DNA of 64,000 nucleotides from Ostrea edulis (lineage: Eukaryota). The notes beneath the pieces are model-generated. The model was not told the DNA's origin and searched no databases. It worked only from the letters and a program-made list of their open reading frames with translations. Location of the stretch: assembly GCF_947568905.1 (NCBI RefSeq), contig NC_079165.1:45942001-46006000 (forward strand). The letters are read 5' to 3'. Shown here in pieces: positions 50,819 to 62,299 of this stretch. Position numbers and translations under genes: made by a program. Position 1 is the stretch's first letter; each line of letters opens with the position of its first letter.

Positions 50819-53800
50819 ATGAAGGTCATAGATCATGACAGTAGCTCATTATAGAGAGTTTATTATTTGTTTTGAAAACAAAGATTGAGGTGTGTCATTG
50901 TTTACAATGTTTTCAAAATAAATGGATATCGTGGATATCGATCCAAATTTATTATATATATCACATTTCAAGTATACTTTTGGTAAAATGTGTCATTTAA
51001 AAGTAAAATTTGTGACTGTACAAAATTAAGATGCTTTGAATTACAAAATTAACTTTTCACTGGTTTGTTTGTAAACATAAAAAGCTTGAGTGTTTGTTAA
51101 CATAACACAGAGTTAAGGCTAAAATTATGCTCTTTTCCTTGCATTCAGAAGGTCCAAATTTTCATTTTCAACATCAAACGAGTTGTATTTTTAATTTTTA
51201 ACATATAAAATGAAAAATATTTTCTTCAAAACACATTGCCAAAAGAAATGTTAACTTCACCTTTCTACATCATTTCATTGAACTTCTTGCATTGAGTTAT
51301 ATATTTGATATGGTAGAGTAAAATGCATAGTATCTTCTGTCTAATTACACATACAAACCTGAATCCAGGGGAATAACCAGGCAAGCTGGAACAAAAGTTT
51401 CTGGAGACTTTTGGCAGGACTGAAGCTGATACAGTTTCTTGGGGCATACAGTCTCCAGGTAGAGTTCTGCTGGGTACTGGTGGGGTTCAGTATCCCCTCG
51501 CAAGATACAGTGAGAACACAGTAAGTACTGCTCCACATGGACTAAAGGCCATTCTTGGAGCAGAGATTTCATGTCTTGGTAGATTCTCAGGAGCAGGTAC
51601 CTAATATCAAAATATATATGTTTACTTTTTTTGGTATTACAGGCACATCAAAATTCTATATCCAGATATGTACATGTAATTCACAATATTTTTTTTCTTT
51701 TGTACAGACAATCATTTTGATGTCAGAATACTGTGCTGTGCTTTTGAGAGGACATTCTAAGTTTTAAGAATTTGTGTCTGATCCTTTCGTTACAACAGCT
51801 GTACAATGAAATAGGTTCAAATCACCTTGTTGTTTATTCCGAGGAGCATGGCTAGAGGTACATAAAAGGGCAGGACATGTATTTGTTATTTAAGTACACA
51901 TCTCCTATATAAACAGGTAGTGTGGCTGGTAGATTATAACAATCATACTGGGCTCTACATAGTTAAAGTATTCAGCTTAAAACTAACTTCAAAATTAGGT
52001 AAAACTCATCAAGGCCCTGACCCACCATTTACCTGAGTTCCTGCAGATCACTGCCCCTGACTGCCATCACTTACCAGAGTTCTTGCAGATCACTGCCCCT
52101 GACTGCCACCACTTACCAGAGTTCCTGCAGATCACTGCCCCTGACTGCCACCACTTACCTGAGTTCCTGCAGATTACTGCCCCTGACTGCCATCACTTAC
52201 CAGAGTTCCTGCAGATCACTGCCCCTGACTGCCACCAAAATGTCTGTTCTGCCATCCTTCTGCTCACGGGTCACAAGGATCTTGGATTTATTCTTAAATG
52301 CGAGGACACCATTTTTCCAATCCTCTCGTTTAGACACATGAGCCTGCAGCCTTGAAGAGAGTTTTTCAAAGAAGTTTGGAGGAGATTTCGATGGGAACAG
52401 GTACAGAGCAGAGAGTTCCACGATATTCCTCGGAGTTTTAATGGGCCACTTCACAAACACGTCATTGGATGCTTCTGTTTTAAGGAACCATGGAAATCTC
52501 AAAATGCGACTAGATGTATAATTTGTTTGCAAGCTGCTTGGAATTTCATAACATAAGTCAAATTTCAACATGAGATCAACAAAAGTGTCTCTTGCTTCTG
52601 AAGAAAGTTTGAAATGATAGAGACAAAAGTGGAGTAACTCCAGTGTCATAATCCCTTTTGTGAGAAAATCTTCCTTCATGGCAACAAATTTCTTCTGAGT
52701 CAAGCCAGCAATTTTCCCAAGAATTTCATCATATACCACTACTTTCTCAAAATCGTGTTTAAATATTGCCCGCAACATTTCAACCAAAGTTTCTGGCTGA
52801 TGAAACACAATTCCCTGCAGCTTGGGGTTATCTGAATACCACATGATTTCTCCCGTAGCATGTAGATACTTCAGAACCATCTCTAGACTTGACACTGCTG
52901 ATCCCTGAAGTGAAATCATACTCTGTTTCAATTCATTCATCACATCTTCAAAAATTCTCAGGGCCTCTATAAATGGCAGGATTTTCTCTGGATATATGGC
53001 AATCTTCTGCAGATATTTCCACCATGGATCGGGTAATGGTCTTTCCTCTGCATCCTTCAGAGTTTTCACCAACAAATTTCTGAACTCATCAACACCTGTC
53101 AGTTCATCAGCACAACTCACAACATGTATTTTCTGTGGCAACTTTGATCTTGTTTTCAACATTTTGTAGATGCCATTTCTTTTTTCTCTAAGTCTCTGAA
53201 TTTCAATGTCTTCAAATCTTGTACCAGTATCTTTATTGGTCAGTGAATTGAGAGCATCATCTGTTCGGACTAATTGAATCTCTATTTCTTGTATCTTTTT
53301 ATCTTCAATGATTTTCATTTTATCAGAGATATCCTCTAATATTTCCTCAATTTCATCTGCCTTGCAAAGGTCAACATGGGTTCCCACCATCATAATAACT
53401 GCTCCAGGAGATCTGTCCATGATGGCATCCAGCCAGTTACCAACAAAGATATCATACAGATCTGGTTGGTACTTACTCAAATCAAACACTAAAACATGCA
53501 AAGCATCTGGGGTCAAAAACATGTGGTGTGCAGCAGAATAAATATGATGTCCACCAAAGTCCAACAATTGGACTCTTAGATCAGATTCCGGCTCCCAAAG
53601 ATGACGTTCTAGGACCCATGTCCTCTCATGCTCTGCTGTTAATTTAGAGTGGCCTAGAATCAAAGCATTTCGAAGACTAGTTTTTCCTGCTTTAGCTGCA
53701 CCGATCAATATCATTTTCATTCTGTGTTTTGCCTGGCTGATTCTGTACTCTCTTAAAAAGGTAAAGAGTGCATCAGTGCCTTGGTTACAGACTTCTTGAG

Positions 53801-55055
53801 GAGGAACTTTAATGCTGTTACCGCCGAGATCTAACAGCCCTGTCTTTGCAAGCATCTGTAATTTGTCTAACAGCAGTGGTATGCTGGTTAAGTCATTAGA
53901 TGAAACATCCAGTTCCTTCAGGTTTGCTAGTTGGTAAATATTTTCTGGTAATTGTTTTAGTTCATTTAATGACAGCAGAAGTGATTCAAGACTCAAACAG
54001 TCACACAGCTCTGCAGGAAGAGTGGTCAATTTGTTTCCACGCAATTCCAATGTTTTCAGCTTCTTTAATTTCTTTATAGAAGGGGAAAGTTCCTCCAGGT
54101 AATTGTCACCAATTTCAATACTTTCTAAATGTTTCAAGTCAAACAAAGTCTCTGGGAGACTCACCAATGCATTTCTTCTCATGATAAAATGCTTGAGCTT
54201 TTTAAGTCCATTTATCTTTGGTGAAATTTCTGAAAAATAATTGTTATTCAAGTTTAATGTCCTTAGTTCAGACAACTGCAGTAACTCTGGCGGAATGTAA
54301 GAATTTAGTTTCAATGCCCCTGTCAAATTAAGCTCCCTCAAACTAGTGCAATGAACAATATTTGAGGATACATATTTCAGGAAATTTCCTTTCATATTCA
54401 GAGACTCCAGTTTTGTCAAATTGCCCACTTCATCTGGAATTGTATGGATCTGATGCCAACTGACATCCAGATACTGCAGCTCCTTCAGCCCACAAGCAGC
54501 TTTCGGTAGTTCCTTCATCCCTCCTTCTCTTGGATACCATTTTCTTGACAGCACAAGATATTCGATTTTCTTACAATGGCTAAGTTCGTTTGGAATTTCC
54601 GACAAGAGATTACCACCTAATTTTAGTGTTCGCAAATTCCTTAATTTTCCGATATCTGGTGAAAGAATTTCCAAATCATTATCTCCACAATCCAGCTCAG
54701 TTAGAGACTCCAAATTAAACACCGGCACTGGGATCTGTTGAAAGTGGTTGAAGCTCAGGTTGAGTTTTTCTATGGATTTGCAGGTACCAAAAGACTTGGG
54801 TAAAAGGCATAAATAATTTCCCACTGCACTGAAATTCTTCATTCCAACTAAATTTCCTATTGAGGTACCACCAACAGGAAATGACATGAGTCTTAAGAAT
54901 GGCAGTGAGACATCCTCCAGGTGCATACTGTAGATGATGCGTGGTACCCATCCTTTGTATTTTCCCTCTGGCACAATCAAGATTGATCTTCCTTTAGGGT
55001 CTTTCTGCACATACTGTTTGAATGCCTCAGAGGCATGACTGTTTGTTGCCATCAT
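40709..55055 (-). CDS. MFHAS1: LRR-Roc-COR-Death ROCO protein (MFHAS1-like with a C-terminal death domain), ~1162 aa
   Basis: complement(join(40709..40731,41311..41592,45391..45477,51359..51600,52201..55055)) = 3489 nt, open. An unspliced alternative ends at 41291. About 13 LRRs; Roc G1 GAAKAGKT, G3 LDFGGH, G4 VGTHVD; COR (L.YLHATGEIMWY, QPETLVEMLRAIF, LMLKFDLCY, FPWFL); a CSHC..C..C motif; death domain (ARLGAEWSLVVGYLGL..IEQIQLDNP..ALQKWR..ALETCDRTDL). The symbol means '-like'; orthology is untested. An upstream coding exon cannot be excluded because the frame is open from the acceptor at 55073-55074. Confidence 0.9.
43934..44083. repeat. 30-bp tandem repeat (5 copies) within a dispersed element in a ROCO intron
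   Basis: Unit CAAGATATTGAGTGGACAACATCTTCCTTT, with further single copies at ~44205 and ~44337. Confidence 0.9.
46272..48828 (+). CDS. Secreted low-complexity polyampholyte protein (~789 aa), nested antisense in ROCO intron 2
   Basis: join(46272..46326,46514..48828) = 2370 nt, open, phase-1 GT-AG intron. Signal peptide MKTEWILGISILIFTPCQG. Blocks in order: acidic N-terminus, GTEHTDH repeats, two ~50-aa internal repeats, a TTEAT mucin-like tract, and a Lys/Arg/Asn-rich C-terminal ~320 aa. A probable 5'UTR exon ends at the donor GTAAGC at 46119. Confidence 0.85.
50270..50570 (+). mobile_element. Degenerate tRNA-derived SINE
   Basis: A-box-like TAGCCAAGTTG and B-box-like AGTTCGATTC, body AAAGAACCCTCACTGC, tail ending ACAAATCAAC. 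Confidence 0.5.
52025..52236 (-). repeat. 42-bp tandem repeat (5 copies) made of the 3' end of ROCO coding exon 1 plus its splice donor
   Basis: Minus-strand unit GTGGCAGTCAGGGGCAGTGATCTGCAGGAACTC(T/A)G|GTAAGTG(A/G)TG-like. GT donors at 52200, 52158, 52116, 52074 and 52032. Confidence 0.95.
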
Positions 55056-55129
55056 TACAGCTGACTGAAATACTGCAAAAGGAGCAAGAAAACAAAACGG
55101 TTACACATTTAAACTCATACTGAAAACTC

Positions 55130-56375
55130 AATACAAGAGGCCCATGGGCCACATCATTCACCTGAGTCACCTTCGCACATATATTCAATGATTTTCCCTA
55201 TACATGTATATTCACATGTAAAACTTTGATCCCTACCTCTGAAGACAATGATTTACTATGTCAGAACCAGAAGCTTCCGTGTAAATTTGAACTTTACTGG
55301 CCCAGTAGTTCTTGAGAAGAAGATTTATAAAGATTTTTTTCTATATATTTACATTAGTGATGGGCAATCGGACCAAAAACCATAATCGATTATCGGTAAT
55401 AATTGGACACATGTAATCAATTAATAATCAGAATTGTCATTTAAGTTTTTTCCCCTCAAAATAGATAACAGAATAATTAAACATATGGAAGCAACATTTG
55501 AATTCTTCTTTGTTTCTTTTGTTCACAGGTAAATAAATCAGAATTTCAATATATCAAGTAATGAAAATTATTTATAATCACAATTTCTCAAAGATATCAA
55601 AAATAGACTCCTTTATCTGACTGATGAATGTTGTTACCGTCCTTCACATCTCCCGTCATTTTGTTTGCTTGTTTTTTTATTGGGTTTGACATACAGAAAA
55701 TAAAATTTGAACAAAATTGAATTTCTGGATTTTTTTTGGGGTCAACGATGTTGGTGACATTTATTTTGAAATCGATTAGTAGAATCATAGGTCTCTGAAT
55801 GGCCGACAATCGATCATTGGCAAAAATCATCTCATCACTAATTCACATGTAAAAATTTGATTCCTTATTGTGGTCCCACCCTACCCCCAAGGGCCATGAT
55901 TTAAAAAAATTCGAATCTGCACTGTAAGAAAGCTTCCATGTAAATTTGAACTTTTCTGATCCAGTGGTTCTTGAGAAGATTTTTAAATGACCCCTCCCTA
56001 TTCTTGTGATTATCTCCCCTTTGGGAGGAACATGGCCCTCAATTTGATCAAAATTATATTCCCTTCACTCAAGGATGATTTGAGCCAAGTTTGATTGAAA
56101 TTGGCCCAGTGGTTATTGAGAAGAAGATTTTTAAAAGATGCCAATTTTTTTTTTTTTTTACTAATTTTTGATTATATCCACTTCAAAATGGGTGTGGCAC
56201 CTCATTTGAATATGTAGTTACAGTTGAATCCTCTTAACCCAAGTTTGCTTTGTGACAAGTTTGGCTGAAATTAGTCTTGTGGTTGTGGAGAAGAAGTCAA
56301 AAAGTTCATGGACAGATGGATAGACAAACTTGACACCGGACGAAAGGTGATCAGAACAGCTCACTTAAGCTAATA
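55130..56375 (+). mobile_element. HINE/Helitron-like non-autonomous element interrupted by a hAT MITE
   Basis: Starts ACAAGAGGCCCATGGGCCACATC..CACCTGAG and ends GGTGATCAGAACAGCTCACTTAAGCTA. The sequence resumes (ATTCACATGTAAAAATTTGA) after the insertion at 55355-55840. Confidence 0.6.
55355..55840. mobile_element. hAT-type MITE
   Basis: TIR TAGTGATG...CATCACTA. 8-bp TSD ATTTACAT (55347-55354) and ATTCACAT (55841-55848), 1 mismatch. Confidence 0.8.
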
Positions 56376-56693
56376 GTACATGTACTTTGTTACACATACA
56401 TACCTGTCTATTCATTTTGAATCATCTTTTATGTTTGGACTGCCTGTATTTAACATTATGTTCCCAATCATGGTCTGTATCCATACCTACAATGTAAACA
56501 TGTTAATTAACATGGAATGCCACGTGTTAGTGTTTTTATGGCTCGGGCTTGATTTAGGGCCGAATATCGACCCAAGTCCCAACCTGAAATTTTCCCAAAA
56601 TCTGACCAATAAATTCTTGTTCATAAACTCTAAAACTTCTTTGTATGACGTATCTAAATAAAATGTTTATATTCATATATTGTGTACACTTGA

Positions 56694-57935
56694 CAGAGAT
56701 GGGGTAATCGTAATCTGTAATCGTAATCGGCTGTAATCGATTATAGTTTTTCATGTAATCAAATGTAATCTGTAATCGTGTACTTTTTAGATTACATGTA
56801 ATTGTAATCTATTACATTAATTTTACCCTGTAATCATGATTATTTTTAGATTACTTTTTTGATTACTTTCATTAATTTTGTATATTTTTCATGGTTTTTT
56901 TTTTTAATTATCAACAACTTTTCTTCTAATGATTTTTTTATAAATATTATTTCTTGATATCTTATTCATTTAAATCAGATGCATTTATTAATTTATTTCA
57001 TTCTATATGTTTTATATATTTATTTTACAAAAAAATTCCCTAATTTAAAGGTGCATGAAACCATATCATTATGGAAACTAAAGGGAAAATTATTGAAATT
57101 AATGTTTTCCTGTTTTAGTTTTAGTCAAAACAATAACAGATGTCCTTTTATTATATACATTACAAATGCTAGTGAAGGGACAGTCAAAACAAAAATTGGC
57201 TTCAATAGATTGATCACCAGAGAATGCTTTGATCTCATGATGGCTGTTAATGGCTGCTATCTGAATTTTATATTAAAAGGCTTTCATGCAATTTTCAGAT
57301 TCACTGTTGTAGAATAGATTTATCTTCTTTCAGTTGAAAAAAAACAGGCCATGTACCCCTCCCCCATATTTGTTTTTGGAACAGCCTATAGATTTCACCG
57401 TTGTTTTATCAAGTTTTAATGTTTGATTAAATTTCCTGATGGGGTAATCCAGCCTTCATAACCACAAAACAAAAACAACAACAAAAATGGCTATCGGAAG
57501 ATGAAGGTTTTATACACCTTTTATTTACATTACTGAAAAAGAAACAGAAACCTCATGGTTGTCTTTCTTGGAATTCAGTTTAGATACACTTGATCTCTAC
57601 AGGTGAATTTCTACTAATTGACTAAACTAACAACTTGTGCACTGAAAACTGGGTGTTATTATCTAAGTTCCCTAGAGTGTGACATGTCACCTGGAATATT
57701 TATAATATGTGGGTTTTAATTATGAGACAAATAACAGCTAAATAAGATAACTTTAAGATAAAGTTATGATAAAAAATGTTTACAGTTGTTATGTTTTCAA
57801 TTGTAATGGATTACTTTTCAAAGTAATTGTAATTATAATCAATTACATTTCTAAATAGATGTAATTGTAATCATAAATTTCAATGTAATCTGTAATTATA
57901 ATCGATTACTTTGAATGTAATTGACCCCATGTCTG
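56694..57935. mobile_element. hAT-type non-autonomous element with GTAATC/GATTAC subterminal repeats
   Basis: Termini CAGAGATGGGG...CCCCATGTCTG. Flanks ACACTTGA and ACACTGTA form an imperfect 8-bp TSD. Dense GTAAT(C) and (G)ATTAC motifs occur in both subtermini. Confidence 0.75.
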
Positions 57936-58062
57936 ACACTGTATCTATTATGTTTATATTCATATATTGTGTACACTGTATCTATTATGTTTATATTCAT
58001 ATATTGTGTACACTGTATCTATTATGTTTATATTCATATATTGTGTACACTGTATCTATTAT
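57936..58062. repeat. 37-bp minisatellite (~3.4 copies)
   Basis: Unit ACACTGTATCTATTATGTTTATATTCATATATTGTGT. One partial unit also lies left of the hAT element at ~56663-56690. Confidence 0.9.
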
Positions 58063-59513
58063 GGCACTTTCAGTGATGGAAACCTTGTGATTTTGGTACA
58101 GTGGACACTGTCAGTACTGGTTTTTGTTAGATATGGTTGTTATATATTAATTATACCTTAAGACACTTCATTCTAAATGTATGATTGATGAATACCACAA
58201 ATTTTCATTAAATTAATTTTCCCCATTTTCTAGTTTTGCTGCTATTTTTCCCAATTGTAAGGACCCCGGGCCCCATGGAATTTTGTGTGTTTATTTGCTG
58301 ACGTGATGCGCAAAGAAATTAAATGGTGAGGTGACGACCTAATTTGAGTGATGCTTTATTTGTTGGTGTTAGGGCTGTTTAAACGACAATAGCATCGTAA
58401 TAATCATGATCTATTTGTAGAATAATCTTCCGATAACTGAATCCTCGCGTCTTGGAAGATAGATCTGGGAAATAAAGTTGTAAGAGGTAGGTAAAGCAGC
58501 TGAATTCCCACTTTTCAATATGGAGTTCACTCTGACTCTCCCCCTCACACGCCACAATATAAAAGCGGGGGTAAGAGTCAGAGGAATCTCAAATTATGAC
58601 AAGTTTTGATCTGACAGAAAAGCTCACATCAGCCTTTGGCTCATGTGAGCTAAAAAGTAGTGGTTAGGACTTTCGAATTACTTTGACATATCTATGGTAA
58701 TCGTGATATTAGTGTTCAAGATATCGAAGTTCAACTACATATATATCCCCATTGCATTCCTCCCCCCCCCCCCCCCCCCCCTGAGAGCTACCATTCTGCA
58801 ACAATTCTCTACAATTGTGGAGAATAAACACAAACATCAGGATGATGATTGACATTATATGAAGAAAATTTCTGCGAATGATTACGACATGTATATTGTT
58901 TTGCTTCTGACTTTTTTTTGCTATTAACAGCTACCTAGGTATTTAAACCTACTTAAAGTAGCTACTTTTACCTGTTTTTGAAAATATGAATAAATAATAA
59001 TTAAGGCGCATCTTTTAAACAGGTCAGTCATTTTATGTATCGTGTTGTGCATGTGCACGGCAAAATTTGGAGTGTAAATTTGACTACTTTACGAGGGTGG
59101 AGAATGCAGAGGAAATGCATGAATATTCGCCCCAAAATCCTTTAATGTAAAATTAATACTGATTTGCAAGACACTCTACACTTTTTATTACGTGGTTTTG
59201 ATCCTAAGCTCCTAGAAAATGGAACTGGGTGCTGTTATTGATGCAAATTTGAAAGGTTAGAAAGTAATCATTTTTGTCCAATATTTTTGTGGTATTCATC
59301 GTCAGTGTAAGTGAATCAAGAAATTTGGTACACACCATATTGCGCCGTTCCTGCGTTTGGCCACCAAATGTAAGTAAAGGAAAACGTATGTAAAAATAGC
59401 TACCTGGAGTAGGTTTAAATACCTACATAGCTATAAGTAGCTACGTAGGTAGAAACAGTCTTTGGACTGGACCTGTATATTTGTTCATCAATGGTGATCA
59501 AATCATTTGATAC

Positions 59514-59987
59514 TGTAATGATTCCAGATATTTGAGGTACGACCATGCAGAGTTCTCAATTAGTCACTTTACATCACGTGATCTCATTTGTGTATAAATA
59601 CCGAGACTCCGCAGTCGTCAGTGTCATTCTTATAGAAGACCCAGCCAAATAGAGAGAACGAGAGTTTGTGTACTAATAAAGTATGCATGGTAAACAATTC
59701 CTCGCCTGTTCTTACAGTTAGAGAGTGAATTTGGAAGGCCATCAGAAGTCTGGCCTGCCACGAAGAGGTTGACCTCCAGTAACGAGGCTTGCCATAGTTC
59801 GTTTTTGGTGTCGTCCGCATTGGCTGAACAGACCGTCGTCCAGGCCGCTATACTCATTGTCCGTCCTGAATAAGGCATCCTACAGTGAGTGTAGTGGTTG
59901 AAGGGCTACCACATATACTGTCCGTCCTGAATTAGGCATCCTACAGTATATGGGGTAATCTGAGGGCGACAGGGCTCTAGATCTACA
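59514..59987 (+). mobile_element. Possible solo LTR
   Basis: TG...CA termini (TGTAATG...ATCTACA), internal TATAAATA and AATAAA, higher GC, and a short internal duplication (TGTCCGTCCTGAAT(A/T)AGGCATCCTACAGT x2). No TSD was found. Confidence 0.35.
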
Positions 59988-60984
59988 TTTTGTTAAGTTA
60001 GCACTACCAGTTTATCGTTGCTTGCCTCTGATTGATATAGTGATTCTCTGTTTGATGATAATCAACCTAGATAAGGTTAGGACATATTTGTATATTTTGG
60101 CAGTCCACTAAAATCATACCAATTAGTTTAAATTGTTATTGTTGAATACCCCAAACCCTGGAATTGACCAGGTACGATCCCAGAATTTAATGTAAATACG
60201 TTACAATACCTTGTGTTCGAATCAAATTTATATAAGGAATGGAAGAATTTGAATTCAACATAATTGTATCAGACTAATAATTAAACCTAAAGAATTTATT
60301 GGTGACCTTGTCATATGTCTTAAGCGGTAAACACACAGTCAACCGAGCTGCTTACCTCAGACTCGGTTATGCATTGCATGTCTATTTATTTTGAGGGGAA
60401 AAAAACTTCATTTTGATCATTCAGGCAGAAATTTCAAAAAACAAAACGTTCAAAGAACATTAAGTCCATTATAGTTCAAGTTAAACCATTGATTTCATTT
60501 TTTTACCTTAGGATTTTCATGCACTTGTACTAAATTTCTTTTTGATTTTGACCTCCAATGTATTCAACATTATAGAAACTTCCGGCAGATTTGGAATTTC
60601 GAACCCGACGAAATATTTTATCCCTTTTCAGAGTTATCGTTCCTTGACTGTAAGGAACGATAGCTCTAGGTAGATTCGTTTTTTTACTGCCCAAAAATTA
60701 TTGAAATAATATATAGCATGTGATTATATGTAATGTTTAAAATCTATTGCTTTGGTTAACGAGACTGTGACTAATTCCAGTTTTATCAGAGATCAGATCT
60801 AAAAATACATTTTGATATTGGTAACGTTAGGGAACCTTACACCTCGTTTCCTTTGGTAGTTTAAATATTCCCTCATGGTATGGGTCAGTAATGCTCATTA
60901 AACAAAAGTTAATTAAGGATAATGACAGTTTGCTATCAAGTAGTACACACACATGCAATGTACTTACATGCATACTTACTTGCC

Positions 60985-61182
60985 ACACTGATTTTGACTG
61001 CGGATAACTCCGTTTGCCTGATCAAGATATATGTTGACCGGTCGACAGGGCATGCTTAGTCCTCCTAGACACCTGATCCCACCTCTGGTATATCCAGGGG
61101 TCCGTGTTTGCCCAACTCTCTGTTTTGTATTGCTTAAGAGTTATGTGATTGATCACTGTTCGTTATTTCTCTTCCCTTTCAT
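60985..61182 (+). mobile_element. Penelope-like element 3' tail
   Basis: Matches the reverse complement of 12575-12790 (CCACACTGATTTTGACTGCGGATAACTCCG...GATTGATCACTGTTCGTTAT..CCCTTTCAT). Confidence 0.8.
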
Positions 61183-61187
61183 ACATA

Positions 61188-61345
61188 TGTAGCAGTCAGC
61201 CGAATTTGATCGCCGGTGGCCATATTCTAAGCTCAGTTGGTATAGTAGATGACAAGAGATTCAGGGGTTCCGGGTTCAAATCCCTTTGTATTTCCCCCTT
61301 TCCGGTTACAATTGGTACCGTGACCATCCCTGGACTTGCAGGTGA
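61188..61345 (+). mobile_element. Second Helenus-type TRIM, 5' LTR and PBS only
   Basis: LTR TGTAGCAG...CCGGTTACA (61188-61310) with A-box AGCTCAGTTGG and B-box GGGTTCAAATCC. PBS TGGTACCGTGACC at 61313-61325, then GGACTTGCAGGT, also present inside the 7894-8252 element. No 3' LTR was seen. Confidence 0.7.
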
Positions 61346-61688
61346 AAGTTTACTTAAAATAGAATCAGAGTGAATCTGAAGCAATAAACCCATCAGAACA
61401 GCAGAAAATGTCGATTCATGAATCATTGTCATCCTGTCAGTAATTCCTGCTCGTTATCGCCGATTTGCGTTGACCTCGAAGGTCACAAGTTTTGAAAAAA
61501 AAAAAACCGGAAAAGAGGCACTGAACACGTGTCAGATTTGTAAACAATTTAACATGCCAATTTTAAAGAAAGTTCATTATCAAAATTTTATTTCAGCAGC
61601 ACATTTGCGTTTTTATTACTTTCTTACACTGTTTGTCATTCATGAAACGATGTGATATTTAAAAAAATAAAAACGGCGCGTGTAGCTT

Positions 61689-61747
61689 ATTCTCTTTAGA
61701 GAAGTCGAGAGGCACAGCCTATGCCTCTCGACTTCTCTAAAGAGAAT
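61689..61747. repeat. Perfect 26-bp-stem hairpin with a 7-nt loop
   Basis: ATTCTCTTTAGAGAAGTCGAGAGGCA-CAGCCTA-TGCCTCTCGACTTCTCTAAAGAGAAT. Confidence 0.9.
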
Positions 61748-62054
61748 ACGTGAAGCTCAGCAACCCGATTATGCCCTTGTCCTTGTATACGCGACGCAAT
61801 GGCGGTTTATACGAAACGCTCATTGTAAGTATGCTCTCAAACAATATTCCCTTGTTTATTTTGCTGAATTTTTCTTCAGATCTTGGGGTAAATATTAAAA
61901 CGACCTAGACACAATTTGAACTGAAAATTTTCAAATTTAATTTATCCATTTTTATTGTTTGCAATGCTTATTTGGATTGTCAATTTCCTCTTTGAAATTT
62001 AGAAAATGTTCCTTGAACACGGAATTCTGCAAGTGCTTTAAACTAGACCCTATG

Positions 62055-62290
62055 TCTGCTCATTCATAATATCATTCAATATATGCAATGCATCCTTGGT
62101 AGCTACGAATGACAAGAAGATGGGAAGTAAAATCTTCCAGAGTGCTTGGGCAGCGATTTTGTGGGCTCTTCAAGTTCATAGCAATATGTAAGCCACCCAG
62201 TCTCTCTATGTACTCTGGAAATGACCATTGAAAATCAATTTGAAGTACAGAGCTTGATCAACTACTAATACAGAATGCCGTTGACCAAGA
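62055..62290 (-). pseudogene. Degenerate DNA transposase fragment, probably Academ-type
   Basis: Frameshifted minus-strand peptides GQRHSVLVVDQALYFKL, ERLGGLHIAMN and RAHKIAAQALWKIL match the DQxLY...LGGxHxxM pattern I recall from Academ-like transposases. Not verified by a search. Confidence 0.5.
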
Positions 62291-62299
62291 CGGTCAGAT

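Noticed and set aside
52083-52355. ORF with LQITAPDCHHLPEF repeats
   Set aside because: It is the antisense reading of the 42-bp exon-junction array.
59584-59878. Two minus-strand ORFs of ~80 aa
   Set aside because: They lie within a GC-richer LTR-like repeat and have no protein motifs.
61149-61432. Protein-looking ORFs on both strands (e.g. VTGKGEIQRDLNPEPL)
   Set aside because: The sequence is better explained as the tRNA-like LTR and PBS of a TRIM.
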